A DNA stretch of 64,000 nt from an uncultured Poribacteria bacterium (lineage in GTDB: Bacteria > Poribacteria > WGA-4E > WGA-3G), in NCBI GenBank assembly GCA_958296135.2, contig CATQHZ020000001.1, positions 3,232,001 to 3,296,000 of the forward strand, written 5' to 3'. Position 1 is the first letter of the stretch. Each line of letters starts with the position of its first letter. Positions 1 to 10,371 of this stretch are shown one piece after another. The notes under the pieces were generated by a model. It was not told the DNA's origin. It ran no database searches and saw nothing but the letters and a program-made list of their open reading frames with translations. A program made the position numbers and the translations under genes.

Positions 1-812
1 ATGGTCTTCCGGATGGCAGAGAGATTATTATCCACCAGAATAGATGACCGGCTGTGCAAAGCCGCCGCTTCGCCGAGAGTGCCGCTGCCAGCGAAGAAAT
101 CTAACAAGGTATCGCCCGGTAGAGAATGCACCTTGACGATGCGATTCAGGATACCGAGCGGTTTCTGTGTCGGATATCCTGTCTTTTCACTGCCATTCGT
201 GCTGACAATAGTATGCCACCAGACATCTGTCGGCGTTTTACCGCGCGCCGCTTTTTCCTTACCTACCAACCCCGGTGCCATATACGGAATCCTATCCATC
301 TCGTCAAAATTGAAGGTGTAGTGCTGCGGTGTTTTGGCATACCACAAGATGTTATCGTGCTTCGCGGGCCAGCGCGACTTCGGCCGGCCGCCGTAATCGT
401 AAGCCCAGATAATCTCGTTCATAAACGAGTCGCGCCCGAAAATCTCGTCGAGCATCACTTTACAGTAATGCACCTCCCGGTAATCAATATGCAGGAAAAA
501 ACTGCCGTGCGGATGCAACACCCGATATGCCTCCTCAAAGCGTGGACGCAAAAACTGCAGGTAAGCCTCGGAGCTCTCAAATTTATCCGAGTACTGGATT
601 CGGGACCGCGCCGATTTGACAGTTCGGTAAGTCTTGCCTTGGAAACCGACTCTGTCGCCTTGTGTGTCTTGTAGCATTTGGACTTCGCCGCGCTGCTGGA
701 TTTTGCCGGTATTGAAAGGCGGATCGGTGTAAACGGTGTTAACGCTTTCGTCCGCGATATGCGCCTGAAGAATCGTCAGGTTATCGCCGTAATAGAGTTG
801 ATGTGTAGACAT
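1..812 (-). CDS. Site-specific DNA methyltransferase (N6/N4 MTase, beta class), runs off the window start
   Basis: Missing from the ORF track because no stop lies in the window. Manual translation from ATG at 812 (RBS AAGGAGG) gives MSTHQLYYGDNL...YTDPPFNTG...YPTQKPLGILNRIVKVHSLPGDTLLDFFAGSGT, with DPPF before FAGSG. Confidence 0.92.
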   Translation of the reverse strand, partial: MSTHQLYYGDNLTILQAHIADESVNTVYTDPPFNTGKIQQRGEVQMLQDTQGDRVGFQGKTYRTVKSARSRIQYSDKFESSEAYLQFLRPRFEEAYRVLHPHGSFFLHIDYREVHYCKVMLDEIFGRDSFMNEIIWAYDYGGRPKSRWPAKHDNILWYAKTPQHYTFNFDEMDRIPYMAPGLVGKEKAARGKTPTDVWWHTIVSTNGSEKTGYPTQKPLGILNRIVKVHSLPGDTLLDFFAGSGTLGEAAALHSRSSILVDNNLSAIRKT

Positions 813-841
813 GGTGCCTCCTTGTGTTTTGAACTACGTCC

Positions 842-870
842 ATTATACAAAAAATCCCGTAGCAATGCAA
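842..870 (-). promoter_or_regulatory. sigma70-type promoter for the methyltransferase
   Basis: TTGCAT-17nt-TATAAT on the minus strand, 30 nt upstream of the ATG. Confidence 0.6.
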
Positions 871-1029
871 GTCTGAGAAAAAGGGGTGTGTTGAGGGCTT
901 GTCCCTCGCGCTCGCTGCAGAGATATTGACGATAGGATAACTAAATCGTCAGACAAAAAAACTTGCCATCCACATACAATTTGTGTTAGAATAAAAAATG
1001 CAACATAAATATAGAAGGAGTTAAGGCAT

Positions 1030-2130
1030 ATGGCGCAAGAAACTATTCAAGGAATCGTCTCTCCCGAGGTCTTGGGAAACAAACCGAGTGGAGAAACGGA
1101 GCAAGAGACAATCCGAGTCGGCATCATTGGAGCAGGCGGGAATACCACCGCCCGGCACATCCCAGGCCTGCAGGCAATTGAAGGCGTTGAAATCATTGGC
1201 GTTTGCAACCGGAGCCTGGAATCTTCGCGGCGCGTGGCAGATAAGTTTGGTATCCCTAAAACCTACAGAATTTGGCAGGAAGCCATCGCCGATGCGGATA
1301 CGAATGCGATCGTCATCGGGACGTGGCCCTATATGCACTGCCGCGCGACGGTTGCAGCGCTCGCTGCAGATAAGCACGTCATGTGCGAAGCGCGGATGGC
1401 GATGAACGCCCGCGAAGCGCGTACGATGCGCAACGCTGCACGCCAGAAAACAGAACTCATCGCACAGATTGTTCCCTCGCCGATGACGCTGCGGGTGGAC
1501 AACACGATAAAACGGCTCATCGCCGAGGGATACCTCGGTGAGGTGCTCGCCGTTGACGTGCGCGCTGGCGGCACATTTCTCGAACGCGAGGCACCTCTCA
1601 CCTGGCGACAAGACTTCGACCTCAGTGGGCTTAACATCATGAGCATGGGCATCTGGTATGAGGCACTCATGCGCTGGGTAGGCGAAGCCACGCGGGTTAT
1701 GGCGATGGGCAAAACGTTCGTCAAAATGCGTTCAGATGCCGAAGGGACCTTGCGCGCAGTGCGGATTCCGGAGCATATTGATGTTGTCGGTGACCTGGCG
1801 TGCGGCGCGCAACTCCATGTGCAGGTTTCTAATATCGCCGGGTTCGCGGGCGCGCCTGAGGTTTTTCTCTTCGGCAGTGACGGCACGCTGCGTTTTTCCG
1901 GGAACCGGCTCTACGGCGGGCGAAAAGGCGATTCGGAACTCAGTGAGATTGACATTCCCGATACAGAAGCGGGCGCGTGGCGCGTGGAAGCGGAATTCGT
2001 GAACGCTATCCGCGGCACCGAAATCATCACGCACACCGATTTCGACACCGGGGTGAAGTATATGGAATTCACCGAGGCAGTCACGCGGAGCATGCAGACA
2101 GGTAGCGCGATTTCGTTGTCGCTGTCGTAA
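1030..2130 (+). CDS. Gfo/Idh/MocA family oxidoreductase
   Basis: RVGIIGAG Rossmann motif, KHVMCEARMA (EKP-like) motif, RBS GAAGGAG. Confidence 0.9.
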   Translation: MAQETIQGIVSPEVLGNKPSGETEQETIRVGIIGAGGNTTARHIPGLQAIEGVEIIGVCNRSLESSRRVADKFGIPKTYRIWQEAIADADTNAIVIGTWPYMHCRATVAALAADKHVMCEARMAMNAREARTMRNAARQKTELIAQIVPSPMTLRVDNTIKRLIAEGYLGEVLAVDVRAGGTFLEREAPLTWRQDFDLSGLNIMSMGIWYEALMRWVGEATRVMAMGKTFVKMRSDAEGTLRAVRIPEHIDVVGDLACGAQLHVQVSNIAGFAGAPEVFLFGSDGTLRFSGNRLYGGRKGDSELSEIDIPDTEAGAWRVEAEFVNAIRGTEIITHTDFDTGVKYMEFTEAVTRSMQTGSAISLSLS

Positions 2131-2146
2131 GAATCCAGATATGCCG

Positions 2147-2253
2147 GTAGGCGCGGTTTGCAACCGCGCCTTGGGTGAGCTGCGCGTTTGGCGCGCGGGT
2201 TCATCTCGGGGGAGAAACCTCTGTCTGTATCGAGCCCGGGAGGGCTCTCCTAC
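2147..2253. repeat. REP-like palindromes (GTAGGCGCG..CGCGCC family and GAGACCGGGAGG..CTCCTAC family)
   Basis: First family recurs at ~7345, 17969, 46329, 48170, 51217, 54746 and 57963. Second family recurs at 3163, 11860, 11891 and 13992. Confidence 0.8.
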
Positions 2254-2295
2254 GGCACTGCATTGTCCGATTTAATATAACAAAAAGGAGGAACA

Positions 2296-2868
2296 TTGAC
2301 ACTAGGAAAACTCTTTAATCTTTGCCAAGACATTGAATTCCGGCAAGCCAAGCTCTACGCCTCTCTCTCGTTGCTTTTGGGGGGTGTCGATGAACGGATT
2401 GCGCGGTTTTGGGAACGGATGAGCACTGAAGAGTGGCAACACTACATTCTCGTTGATTTCGGACGTTCCTTATGCGCCGAGGTATTCGGCATCGATTCGC
2501 GAGTCACGGAGTTGCCGGATGTAGCGCGCCGCTTGCCAGCGAATATTGGGAAGACAATCCAACAGATTACGGACGCGTTGGATACGCATGAGGGGAAGGT
2601 AAATAGCGGACAGATTTCGCTAGACGAAGCATTCGCTATTGCCATCGCCATTGAGGGCAGCGAGGCGGATACCCTCTATATGTATCTGCTATCCATCATC
2701 AGAAGGGCGATTCATCAGAGCGACCAGCCGTATCTGATGAGCCGCGTCGTGCAGATTGAAAAAGACATGGTATCGCACGTAGACGGCCTCGTTCAGGCGA
2801 CGCAGCGGTTCGCGAAAGATGCGAGTCTGATTCGCAAGGCGCATCGGCTCAAAGTGCATCACAACTAA
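2296..2868 (+). CDS. Ferritin/rubrerythrin-like four-helix protein
   Basis: TTG start after AAGGAGG; E...EEWQH and AIAIE...E..xxH spacing of ferritin-like folds. Confidence 0.65.
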   Translation: MTLGKLFNLCQDIEFRQAKLYASLSLLLGGVDERIARFWERMSTEEWQHYILVDFGRSLCAEVFGIDSRVTELPDVARRLPANIGKTIQQITDALDTHEGKVNSGQISLDEAFAIAIAIEGSEADTLYMYLLSIIRRAIHQSDQPYLMSRVVQIEKDMVSHVDGLVQATQRFAKDASLIRKAHRLKVHHN

Positions 2869-3218
2869 AAGGATTGCGCCGATGATGCATTTGAGCAGCC
2901 GGTTCTCTATCGGTTACGCGGTGGCGCGCGCCATTGGTTTCCCTGTTCTCTCGGGTTCCGATATTCAGGTTCGGACGCATCATGCAGTTAATGGGCTTCG
3001 GGGTATATTCCGATGCTGGGCAGTGTCGATATGACTATTTCCGCGCCCGGTTCATTCGGCGTTCAAGTTGTTCCGCGAGCTCGGGGTCGCGCTGTTTTAA
3101 AGCGGCGAGGGACAGGGCTTCTCGCTCCCTTGCGCGCCGGTCTGGTTGATGATACCGCAGGCATCGAGACACAGGAGGTCTCTCCTACGGGAGAGCGAAT
3201 CAGCCAGTCTTGGGGGAT

Positions 3219-4160
3219 TCACTGATGCTGCGCATTGCACAACAAATTCCCCGCCTGCGCGCACTCAACCTGTTCTAACTGCAGCGTCGTATGGCCAATA
3301 CCGAAATGCGTTTGCAATTCGGCGTTGATTTGCTCCAAAATCCGATCTGGTGCCAAGACGGTGTTTTCGTCCACCACAATATGCGCGCTCAATGCGCAAT
3401 AGTTAGAACAGAGGGACCAGATGTGCATATCGTGCACGTCTTTCACCGCATCTAAGCGGCGGATATGCGCCGCCACGGTGTGCGCGTCAGCATTCCGTGG
3501 CGAGTTTTCAAGCAGGATATGCACCGCGTCTTTCGTGACGTTCACTGCGCTGACGAGAATAATCCCGCCGATGAGGAAGCTGAGTATCGCATCGGTGGGG
3601 TACCAGCCTGTCCAATAGATAATCGCGCCACCGATGACAACGCCTACCGAAGAAAGCGTATCCCCGACAACATGCAGCACCGCGCTGCGGACGTTGAGGT
3701 TGCCGTGGCTTTCGCCGTGCAGCTGCCACAAGATGATGAGGTTCGCCACGAAGCCGAGGCACGCTACAATCAGCATCCCACTGACTTTAATAGGTGCCGG
3801 TTCGAGATAGCGATGATACGCCTCATAGAAAATCCATCCGGAAATCCCGATCAGCGACACGCCGTTGAGAAACGCCGCGAAAACCTCGGCGCGATGATAA
3901 CCGTAGGTGCGCGACGCGGTCGCGGGGCGCGTGGATAGGTAGATGGCCAGCCAGCTGAGCAGCAGCGACAGCACATCCGACAGCACATGCGCTGCGTCGC
4001 TCAGCAACGCTAAACTGCCAGACCAGATGCCGCCGATGACTTCTCCCAAAAAGACGATAAACGTGACAAACACGGCAATCTTGAATTTCTTTTGAAGCCG
4101 CGTCTGATGGCTATGTCCGTGCGCTTCGCTGTGAGGGTGTTCGTGATGATGGTTATGCAC
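3219..4160 (-). CDS. Cation diffusion facilitator (CzcD/ZitB-like metal efflux)
   Basis: His-rich N-terminus, SLALLSDAAH, TYGYHRAE, HVVGD, VHDMHIW, HTTLQLE. Confidence 0.95.
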   Translation of the reverse strand: MHNHHHEHPHSEAHGHSHQTRLQKKFKIAVFVTFIVFLGEVIGGIWSGSLALLSDAAHVLSDVLSLLLSWLAIYLSTRPATASRTYGYHRAEVFAAFLNGVSLIGISGWIFYEAYHRYLEPAPIKVSGMLIVACLGFVANLIILWQLHGESHGNLNVRSAVLHVVGDTLSSVGVVIGGAIIYWTGWYPTDAILSFLIGGIILVSAVNVTKDAVHILLENSPRNADAHTVAAHIRRLDAVKDVHDMHIWSLCSNYCALSAHIVVDENTVLAPDRILEQINAELQTHFGIGHTTLQLEQVECAQAGNLLCNAQHQ

Positions 4161-4370
4161 CGTTCCTCCGTTATTTCATGCCGCCATAAGGCGGTTGATT
4201 TGGCAGGACTTCTGTTCCTTGTTGCATCCAAGTCACCTCTATAGTTCGGGTTCGCCTGCCACCCAGGCCAACCAGGTCCAGAGCGGGCGAATCTCCACCT
4301 ACAGAGGCTCCATTGCCTGCGCGGTTACGAACCGCGCCTACGGGGTGTGTCTGCGTAAATCCTATGTGGC

Positions 4371-4679
4371 TCAGTCAGCCGCTTTGCTCTCGGATTTGCT
4401 GCTGCTACCGCTGTCAGTTTTCTTCTCTTTCTTGCCGGATTTGTTCTCGGTGCCGCTAGAAGACTTCTTGTCCTTTTTGGCGGATTCTTTGTAGCCTTCG
4501 CTGCGGTAATCGGTGATATAAAAACCGGAGCCTTTGAAGATGAGTCCCGCGCCCGCGCCGATGAGCCGCTTGACTTCGCCGCCGCATTCGGGGCATTCTG
4601 TCAGTGCCGGGGCAGTTATCCCCTGAAACCGCTCGAATCGGACATCGCAGGTGAGACATTTATAGTCATACGTTGGCAT
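4371..4679 (-). CDS. FmdB family zinc-ribbon regulatory protein
   Basis: MPTYDYKCxxC...CPECGG...FKGSGFYITDY with a Lys/Ser-rich tail; start moved to ATG 4679. Confidence 0.92.
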   Translation of the reverse strand: MPTYDYKCLTCDVRFERFQGITAPALTECPECGGEVKRLIGAGAGLIFKGSGFYITDYRSEGYKESAKKDKKSSSGTENKSGKKEKKTDSGSSSKSESKAAD

Positions 4680-4728
4680 ATCGCATTTTCTCCATTTCTT
4701 TCTTGCGAAAAAAGATAGTTTCTGGTAG

Positions 4729-4757
4729 ATTTTAACCAGTCTAACCAGAAATGTCAA
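4729..4757 (-). promoter_or_regulatory. sigma70-type promoter of the FmdB-family gene
   Basis: TTGACA-17nt-TAAAAT. Confidence 0.65.
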
Positions 4758-4840
4758 GTTAAAATTGCATCGGTGTTCAGTTTTCCCATAAATCGTAGTT
4801 GAACGTAGGGCTAAGGGCTGAAATTAATTTAATGCGTCGG

Positions 4841-4968
4841 ATCGCGAGGGACAGTGGACATCTCTGCAGCGAGACTGCAGAGAGGACAAAGTTAAAGGTA
4901 GCGTGTTTACGCAGGGCGACACACGCACATTTTCTGTAGGCGTGACCGTGACGGCCCTCGCGCTACGG
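4841..4968. repeat. REP (GCGAGGGACA|GGCCCTCGCGCTAC) carrying a 99-nt nested insert
   Basis: Insert 4854-4952 is homologous to inserts at 12537, 12973 and 38245. Confidence 0.8.
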
Positions 4969-5070
4969 GCTAAGGCCTGGTTCTAATACCAAATGCCGTT
5001 GATTTGTCTCGTATTCGGGCTCAGGCGAACCCGAACTATAGAGGTTAATTTGATATAATAGGAGATTTTC

Positions 5071-6429
5071 ATGTTTCGATTGCTCATTGATGCGGACAGC
5101 TTTCCCCTCGGCAAAGGGCCGATGGTGATGCTGATACTCTTCCTCATCTCAACGATTTTCATCTTCGCGCGTTCCGAAGAACAAGGCCAGAAGTTGGAAT
5201 TTTGGATCTTCGCCAATACCCATTTTGAAGAATATCAAACGCGCGTCCCTATTTTTGAGGCGGAGAACCCCGGTGTCAACGTGCAGCTCATCAACTTCGG
5301 CGGCACGATGCACGACAAACTCCTCGCCGCCATGTTGTCCAATTTCGGCGCACCAGACCTGGTGGAAGTGGAGATTACTTCCATCGGCCGATTCCTCAAG
5401 GGCGCGATTGACGAAGTGGGGTTCGTCGATCTTCGTCCCCGCTTGGAGAGCGAAGGGTGGATGGAAAAATTAGTCGTCAGCCGATTTACACCCTGGTCAT
5501 ACCGCGGAAGGATTTACGGCATACCGCACGATCTGCATCCAGTTGTGCTGCTTTACCGCGATGACCTTTTTAAGGCGGCCGGCGTTGAGATGACCGAGGT
5601 TGAAACGTGGGATGACTTCATTGCGGCGGGCAAAAAAGCGACGCGCGATTTAGACGGCGATGGAACGGTCGACCAGCACGCTATCGTCTTGGACCGGCGG
5701 ACCGAAAGCGACTACTTTTCGCTCCTCCTTCAACAGGGAGGTGGATTTTTTGACGAGGAAGGCAACGTCATCATTGATAGTGAACTCGCGATTGAGACGT
5801 TAGAATTTTTTGTCTCACTGTTTAACGAACATAAAATCGCGACTCCCGTCTACGGTACATGGCACGGCGACCCGAGCAACTTCGCTGCGATGCAGGACGG
5901 TAAAATCCTCTCCATCCTCGCCCCGGATTGGTATGTCGGCATTCTCAAAAGTCAGGTGCCGCAGATGGCTGGCAAGTGGAAGGCGATTAGCATGCCGGCG
6001 TGGAAACCCGGTGACAGGCGCACCACGACGCGCGGCGGCACGATGATAGGCATAACGACGCAGTGCAAAAATCCTGACCGCGCCTGGGAACTCCTTAAAT
6101 TTACCTATTTCGACCGGGGTGGCTTAGTCAACCGATACGAGACGACGCGGATTATTCCGCCGCTCAAATCGGCGTGGGACGCGCCTATCTTCAAGGAGCC
6201 GGACCTTTATTTAGGCGGCCAACCGTTAGGAGAATTGTTTATTGAACTCGCCCCCGACTTACCACCGCGGTATCAGAATCCCTACTGGTCAGAAGGCGCG
6301 GATTTGCTGAACGACGCTATTTTCGCCGCTGTCACAGAAAAGCAGACCTCGAGGGAAGCATTGACTGAACTCGCTGCGAAGGTTCGCGCGCTTATCGCCA
6401 AAGACCAGGGCCGTTGGAGGGATCTGTAA
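5071..6429 (+). CDS. Sugar ABC transporter substrate-binding protein
   Basis: SBP_bac_1-like motifs (APDLV, IYGIP, YRDDLF, TWDDF); adjacent permease. Confidence 0.9.
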   Translation: MFRLLIDADSFPLGKGPMVMLILFLISTIFIFARSEEQGQKLEFWIFANTHFEEYQTRVPIFEAENPGVNVQLINFGGTMHDKLLAAMLSNFGAPDLVEVEITSIGRFLKGAIDEVGFVDLRPRLESEGWMEKLVVSRFTPWSYRGRIYGIPHDLHPVVLLYRDDLFKAAGVEMTEVETWDDFIAAGKKATRDLDGDGTVDQHAIVLDRRTESDYFSLLLQQGGGFFDEEGNVIIDSELAIETLEFFVSLFNEHKIATPVYGTWHGDPSNFAAMQDGKILSILAPDWYVGILKSQVPQMAGKWKAISMPAWKPGDRRTTTRGGTMIGITTQCKNPDRAWELLKFTYFDRGGLVNRYETTRIIPPLKSAWDAPIFKEPDLYLGGQPLGELFIELAPDLPPRYQNPYWSEGADLLNDAIFAAVTEKQTSREALTELAAKVRALIAKDQGRWRDL

Positions 6430-6435
6430 GCAACC

Positions 6436-7335
6436 ATGAGAACCAAACCTCGTTCGTCCCGCTTTTGGCATCAACAGCAGAAAATCGCGCCGTATCTTTT
6501 CATCGCGCCGTTTTATCTGCTTTTTGTCCTATTTATGGGCTACCCGCTGCTCTCATCCCTCGTGATGAGTCTTTATGAGATGCGTGGGTTTCAGAGTCGG
6601 GTATTTGTCGGCATCGGCAATTTCACGGATTTGTTCCGCGACCCGATTTTCTGGAAGTCGCTTCGGAACACCGCTTATTTCGCAATCGGCACGCTCACCC
6701 TCCAATTGCCAATCGCGCTGTTATTGGCGATTTTACTGAACTCGAAGTTCGTCAAGGGCAAAAATGTGCTGCGTCTCGCTTTTTTCGCGCCGGTGCTTGT
6801 GGCGGGTGTCTTCGTAGCGATTATCTTCAACCTCGTCTATGACCAGCGTGCTGGCTTGATCAACCAGGAATTGATTCTTTTCGGGCGCGAAATCGGTTGG
6901 CTGAACGAGGAAAACTACGTCATGCCCGCGGTGATTTTAACGGGTGTCTGGCAGTGGGCAGGATTCAACATGATTTACTTTTTGGCGGGGTTACAAGGCA
7001 TTCGCCAAGAGCTTTATGAAGCCGCTGCTGTGGATGGGGCGAATTGGTGGCAGGCGTTCCTGCATGTCACACTGCCCTCGTTGCGGCCGGTGATAGCCTT
7101 CGTCTTTGTTGTCTCGATGATAGGTTCGCTGCAACTCTTTGACTTGCCCTACATTCTGACGAACGGCGGGGAACCTGCGGATGCCGGCTCAACTATCGTG
7201 ATGTATCTCTACAAAAACGGGTTTCAGTTCATGCGTCTCGGTTATGCAGCGACGATCGGGTGGGTGCTATTTTTCATCATCGCCGTTATTTCGATTGTCC
7301 AATTGAAATTGCTCGGTATCTTCCGGGATGAATAA
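6436..7335 (+). CDS. Sugar ABC transporter permease (MalF type)
   Basis: EAA motif LYEAAAVDGA, multiple TM segments, LGYAAT. Confidence 0.95.
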   Translation: MRTKPRSSRFWHQQQKIAPYLFIAPFYLLFVLFMGYPLLSSLVMSLYEMRGFQSRVFVGIGNFTDLFRDPIFWKSLRNTAYFAIGTLTLQLPIALLLAILLNSKFVKGKNVLRLAFFAPVLVAGVFVAIIFNLVYDQRAGLINQELILFGREIGWLNEENYVMPAVILTGVWQWAGFNMIYFLAGLQGIRQELYEAAAVDGANWWQAFLHVTLPSLRPVIAFVFVVSMIGSLQLFDLPYILTNGGEPADAGSTIVMYLYKNGFQFMRLGYAATIGWVLFFIIAVISIVQLKLLGIFRDE

Positions 7336-7384
7336 GACAAACCGGTAGGCGCGTTCCAAGCGCGCTGCTTGAAAAGGAAATAGC

Positions 7385-8095
7385 ATGCTCATTTTACCAG
7401 CCATCGACTTGCGCGGTGGGAAGTGTGTCAATTTGGTGCAAGGCATCGCCGAACAGGAGACTATCTTTTCGGACGCGCCGATAGAAATGGCGAAACGGTG
7501 GCAGGCAGAGGGTGCCGCATACCTCCACCTCGTCGATTTGGATGGTGCATTTCAGGGGCAATCGGCGAATCTGCACATTGTCCGGGAGATTGTCTCCGTG
7601 CTTGATATCCCTGTCCAACTCGGCGGCGGCATCCGGACGTTAGCGCAGGTGGACGCAGTGTTGGCACTCGGCGTTCATCGGGTGCTCTTCGGCACGGCCG
7701 CGCTGAAGCAACCGGATGTGGTGAAACAGGCTTGCGCGCGTTATGGCGAACGTATTGCTGTCGGTATAGACGCGAGGGACGGTGCGGTTGCTACCCATGG
7801 CTGGCTGGAGGTTTCGCAAAAGTCGGCGGTGGAATTCGCGAGGGAGATGGCAGAATCGGTGCAGACGTTGATTTACACCGATATTAAGAGCGACGGAATG
7901 CTCAAGGGCCCCAATGTTGAAGCAACAGCGGACATTGTTAGCGCGGTGACGGCGGATGTCATCGCTTCGGGGGGAGTCACGTCGCTTGAGGATATCGCTG
8001 CGCTCAAGCGCATCGGTGCCAGCGGGGCGATTGTTGGGCGTGCTTTGTATACCGGCGCGCTCTCGTTGCGTGATGCAATCGCTGCTGCGAAATAA
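7385..8095 (+). CDS. hisA: ProFAR isomerase
   Basis: PAIDLRGGKCV, LHLVDLDGA, QLGGGIR, YTDI..DGML.GPN, IASGG. Confidence 0.96.
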   Translation: MLILPAIDLRGGKCVNLVQGIAEQETIFSDAPIEMAKRWQAEGAAYLHLVDLDGAFQGQSANLHIVREIVSVLDIPVQLGGGIRTLAQVDAVLALGVHRVLFGTAALKQPDVVKQACARYGERIAVGIDARDGAVATHGWLEVSQKSAVEFAREMAESVQTLIYTDIKSDGMLKGPNVEATADIVSAVTADVIASGGVTSLEDIAALKRIGASGAIVGRALYTGALSLRDAIAAAK

Positions 8096-8203
8096 AAAAG
8101 GAAAAAAGTTTGCTTAACGCGAATGTGATGTGATAGACTAATGTTAAGTTTCTTTAAAACTGCGCCTACCAGTAGAGAGTTATTTTAAGGAGGAATTCAC
8201 ATC

Positions 8204-8893
8204 ATGAAAATGAAACTGTTCCTGTGCGTGCTTTGTCTCGCGCTTTTTGCGGAAGGGCTGTTGCCCCAAACCGCACCGGTGGACGAAGCGACGAGGCTCA
8301 CCCAGGTAGAGTTGGCGTTAGGGCGACAAGCGGAGGACATCAGCGAAATCAAAAGGAGCTCGCGTACCGAGTTCATGTGGGCTGTCGGTTTAGTGCTCGC
8401 TATCTTTATCGCGGGGTATGCCTTAGTCCATCAGATGCGAACACAATTCAGTGATTTTATGGCGAAAATGGTGGATATGCACATACAAATGGTTGCCAAA
8501 ATGGCGGAGTTGCAGGGCAGCGTAGCCAACTTGCAGGCCGAGATGGTTCATCTGCGGAGTGCCGTAGACGTGAAAATCGCGAACCTACAGAGTGACATGA
8601 ACGCGAAGATCGGCACTCTGCAGAGTGACATGACTGTCAAAATGGCAGATTTGCGGAGCGATGTCGGCGACGTGAAAATCGATGTCGGCGGGCTAAAGAA
8701 GGATGTTGCAATCGTCCAAAACGATGTCCGCACGCTAAACGGAAAGGTTGACAGAATTGATGAGTATATGGCGGAAGTTGAACGCAGCACGGGGGCGCAG
8801 CTCACCGACATTCGCGAAACCCTCGCGAAGCAGCAGGAAATCAAATCCGACACCGAAACGCCGAAAACGGAGGCCGATTCCTTTGAACCATAG
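8204..8893 (+). CDS. Membrane-anchored coiled-coil hypothetical protein
   Basis: RBS AAGGAGG, signal peptide, one TM, 11-residue repeats (KMAELQGS/KIANLQSD/KIGTLQSD/KMADLRSD). Confidence 0.75.
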   Translation: MKMKLFLCVLCLALFAEGLLPQTAPVDEATRLTQVELALGRQAEDISEIKRSSRTEFMWAVGLVLAIFIAGYALVHQMRTQFSDFMAKMVDMHIQMVAKMAELQGSVANLQAEMVHLRSAVDVKIANLQSDMNAKIGTLQSDMTVKMADLRSDVGDVKIDVGGLKKDVAIVQNDVRTLNGKVDRIDEYMAEVERSTGAQLTDIRETLAKQQEIKSDTETPKTEADSFEP

Positions 8894-8952
8894 GTAGCGG
8901 CTACCGGGCTCGGTAAAAAAAGGAGGGGCGGATGTCTCTATCCGCCCTGACA

Positions 8953-10194
8953 TCAATCCAACGCTGTAACAACCCCAATTCCGATGCACGAACCCATCTT
9001 CTTCACCTCAAACCGCGTTCCGACTTCCATCGCCAACGGTAAGTCAAGCGTAACGGTGACGCGCGCGTCCATCCCCGGTGTGACAATTGAAATATCTGGC
9101 GGCAGCTGGAGGTGCGTCGGCATGTCAATCCCCCATAAACGGAGAGCCGGTCTGTCGTTATCAACGAGCGGGATGTGCGTGCTGCTCTCTTCTTGCGTTA
9201 GGAGGTAGACAATCGCCGTAAACACGGAATGCGATTTGATAGTCTTCGGTGTGCAAAGCACCTGTCCTACAGCCAGCCAGTCCTGTTCGGCCTCCACGCG
9301 CGCTTCAGTTTGTTGCGATTCGGCGTTCGCTCCGACAGCACCTTGGGTGCCGAGGCACCGGGTCTTGATTCGCTCCCCTTTCCCGACGACATCGACTGCC
9401 TGTCCTACGGCGAGATGCCCTTGGACAATTTCGCCTTGAATCGAGACACTGTCGCGCGTCTCTTCGGTAATCTCATAAATCGGCATGATGAGCGGCAAGT
9501 CCGCGCGGTTGATAGGTTCCGGCATGTGCCGATTCATCGCGAAAACCAGGTCGACAATCGGTTTCCAATGCGCAGAGGTAAGTTTGTCGCCTTTGTAATT
9601 TAATGCTTTGCGCGCGTCGCCGATAATGATAGGAGCCGTTTCCGCTCTAAACATTGTCCCTCTAACAGGGTTTGAAAGGAGCGGTGTCTTTTCTTCTTTC
9701 CAGCCGCACTCGCTGAGCAGTTCCCGCATTTCCATCTGGCAGATGTCTAGCAGTTCATCGTCTTTCGGGATGCCGCCGGTATTGAGGAACGGAATCACGG
9801 GTGTCAGGTGAATCTGGCTGGCGAGGCGGAGAAGGGCCTCGGAGTCCGGTGTGATGCCTTCAACGGCGTTCACTATCCAAATCGCGCCCTGAATTGCAGG
9901 CGAGCCGCTCACGAGCATTTTGACGATATCCTGCTGCGTTTCACAATCGATTTGCGTATAAAATTTGCCGCTGGTTTCATAATCAACCGCGCGGTAGGTA
10001 ATGCCAACGCCTTCGCGAATCGGGTGGCGCATCGGGGTTTGTGCTTCAAAACTGCCATCGATATCGGTGTGGATAGCACCAATCCTGGCGACAACCCGTG
10101 CTATTGCGGCCGTTAACGTCGTTTTTCCGTGCCCTGGCGCGCCGAGTGTGCAGATAGGTAGGGCGCGGTGCGCGAGGGCTCTTTTCTGGTTCAT
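8953..10194 (-). CDS. Divergent EF-Tu-like protein with degenerate GTPase motifs
   Basis: Colinear with EF-Tu (HGKTTLTAAI, ELL..EMRELLS, Y.LT.EE, PG...L..P.AME.G.RF, G.GVVT), but G3 is DCETQQD and G4 is NTGG. Confidence 0.8.
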   Translation of the reverse strand: MNQKRALAHRALPICTLGAPGHGKTTLTAAIARVVARIGAIHTDIDGSFEAQTPMRHPIREGVGITYRAVDYETSGKFYTQIDCETQQDIVKMLVSGSPAIQGAIWIVNAVEGITPDSEALLRLASQIHLTPVIPFLNTGGIPKDDELLDICQMEMRELLSECGWKEEKTPLLSNPVRGTMFRAETAPIIIGDARKALNYKGDKLTSAHWKPIVDLVFAMNRHMPEPINRADLPLIMPIYEITEETRDSVSIQGEIVQGHLAVGQAVDVVGKGERIKTRCLGTQGAVGANAESQQTEARVEAEQDWLAVGQVLCTPKTIKSHSVFTAIVYLLTQEESSTHIPLVDNDRPALRLWGIDMPTHLQLPPDISIVTPGMDARVTVTLDLPLAMEVGTRFEVKKMGSCIGIGVVTALD

Positions 10195-10371
10195 CGGTTT
10201 CTCCTTGTTGATGTTATACGAAATTAATCTGATGCGTCCCGCGTCTGTAGGAAAACCAGAGCGTCGGGTCTTGCCCTATTCGGGTTTCCTGCGAATCAGG
10301 GCGAGCCCGAACGACTCAGGTGAATTATGAATATTATAGCAGAAATTCGCGTATTGTGCAATAATACTATC

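Noticed and set aside
1-929. Plus-strand ORFs 1-321, 126-674 and 678-929
   Set aside because: Antisense shadows of the minus-strand methyltransferase.
2880-3215. Short ORFs or a gene remnant between the ferritin-like and CDF genes
   Set aside because: No recognisable motif or RBS, and the region is partly repeat-derived.
4854-4952. Group II intron reading of the nested insert (GTG...AC ends)
   Set aside because: Far too short, no domain V motif, and no reverse transcriptase in the window.
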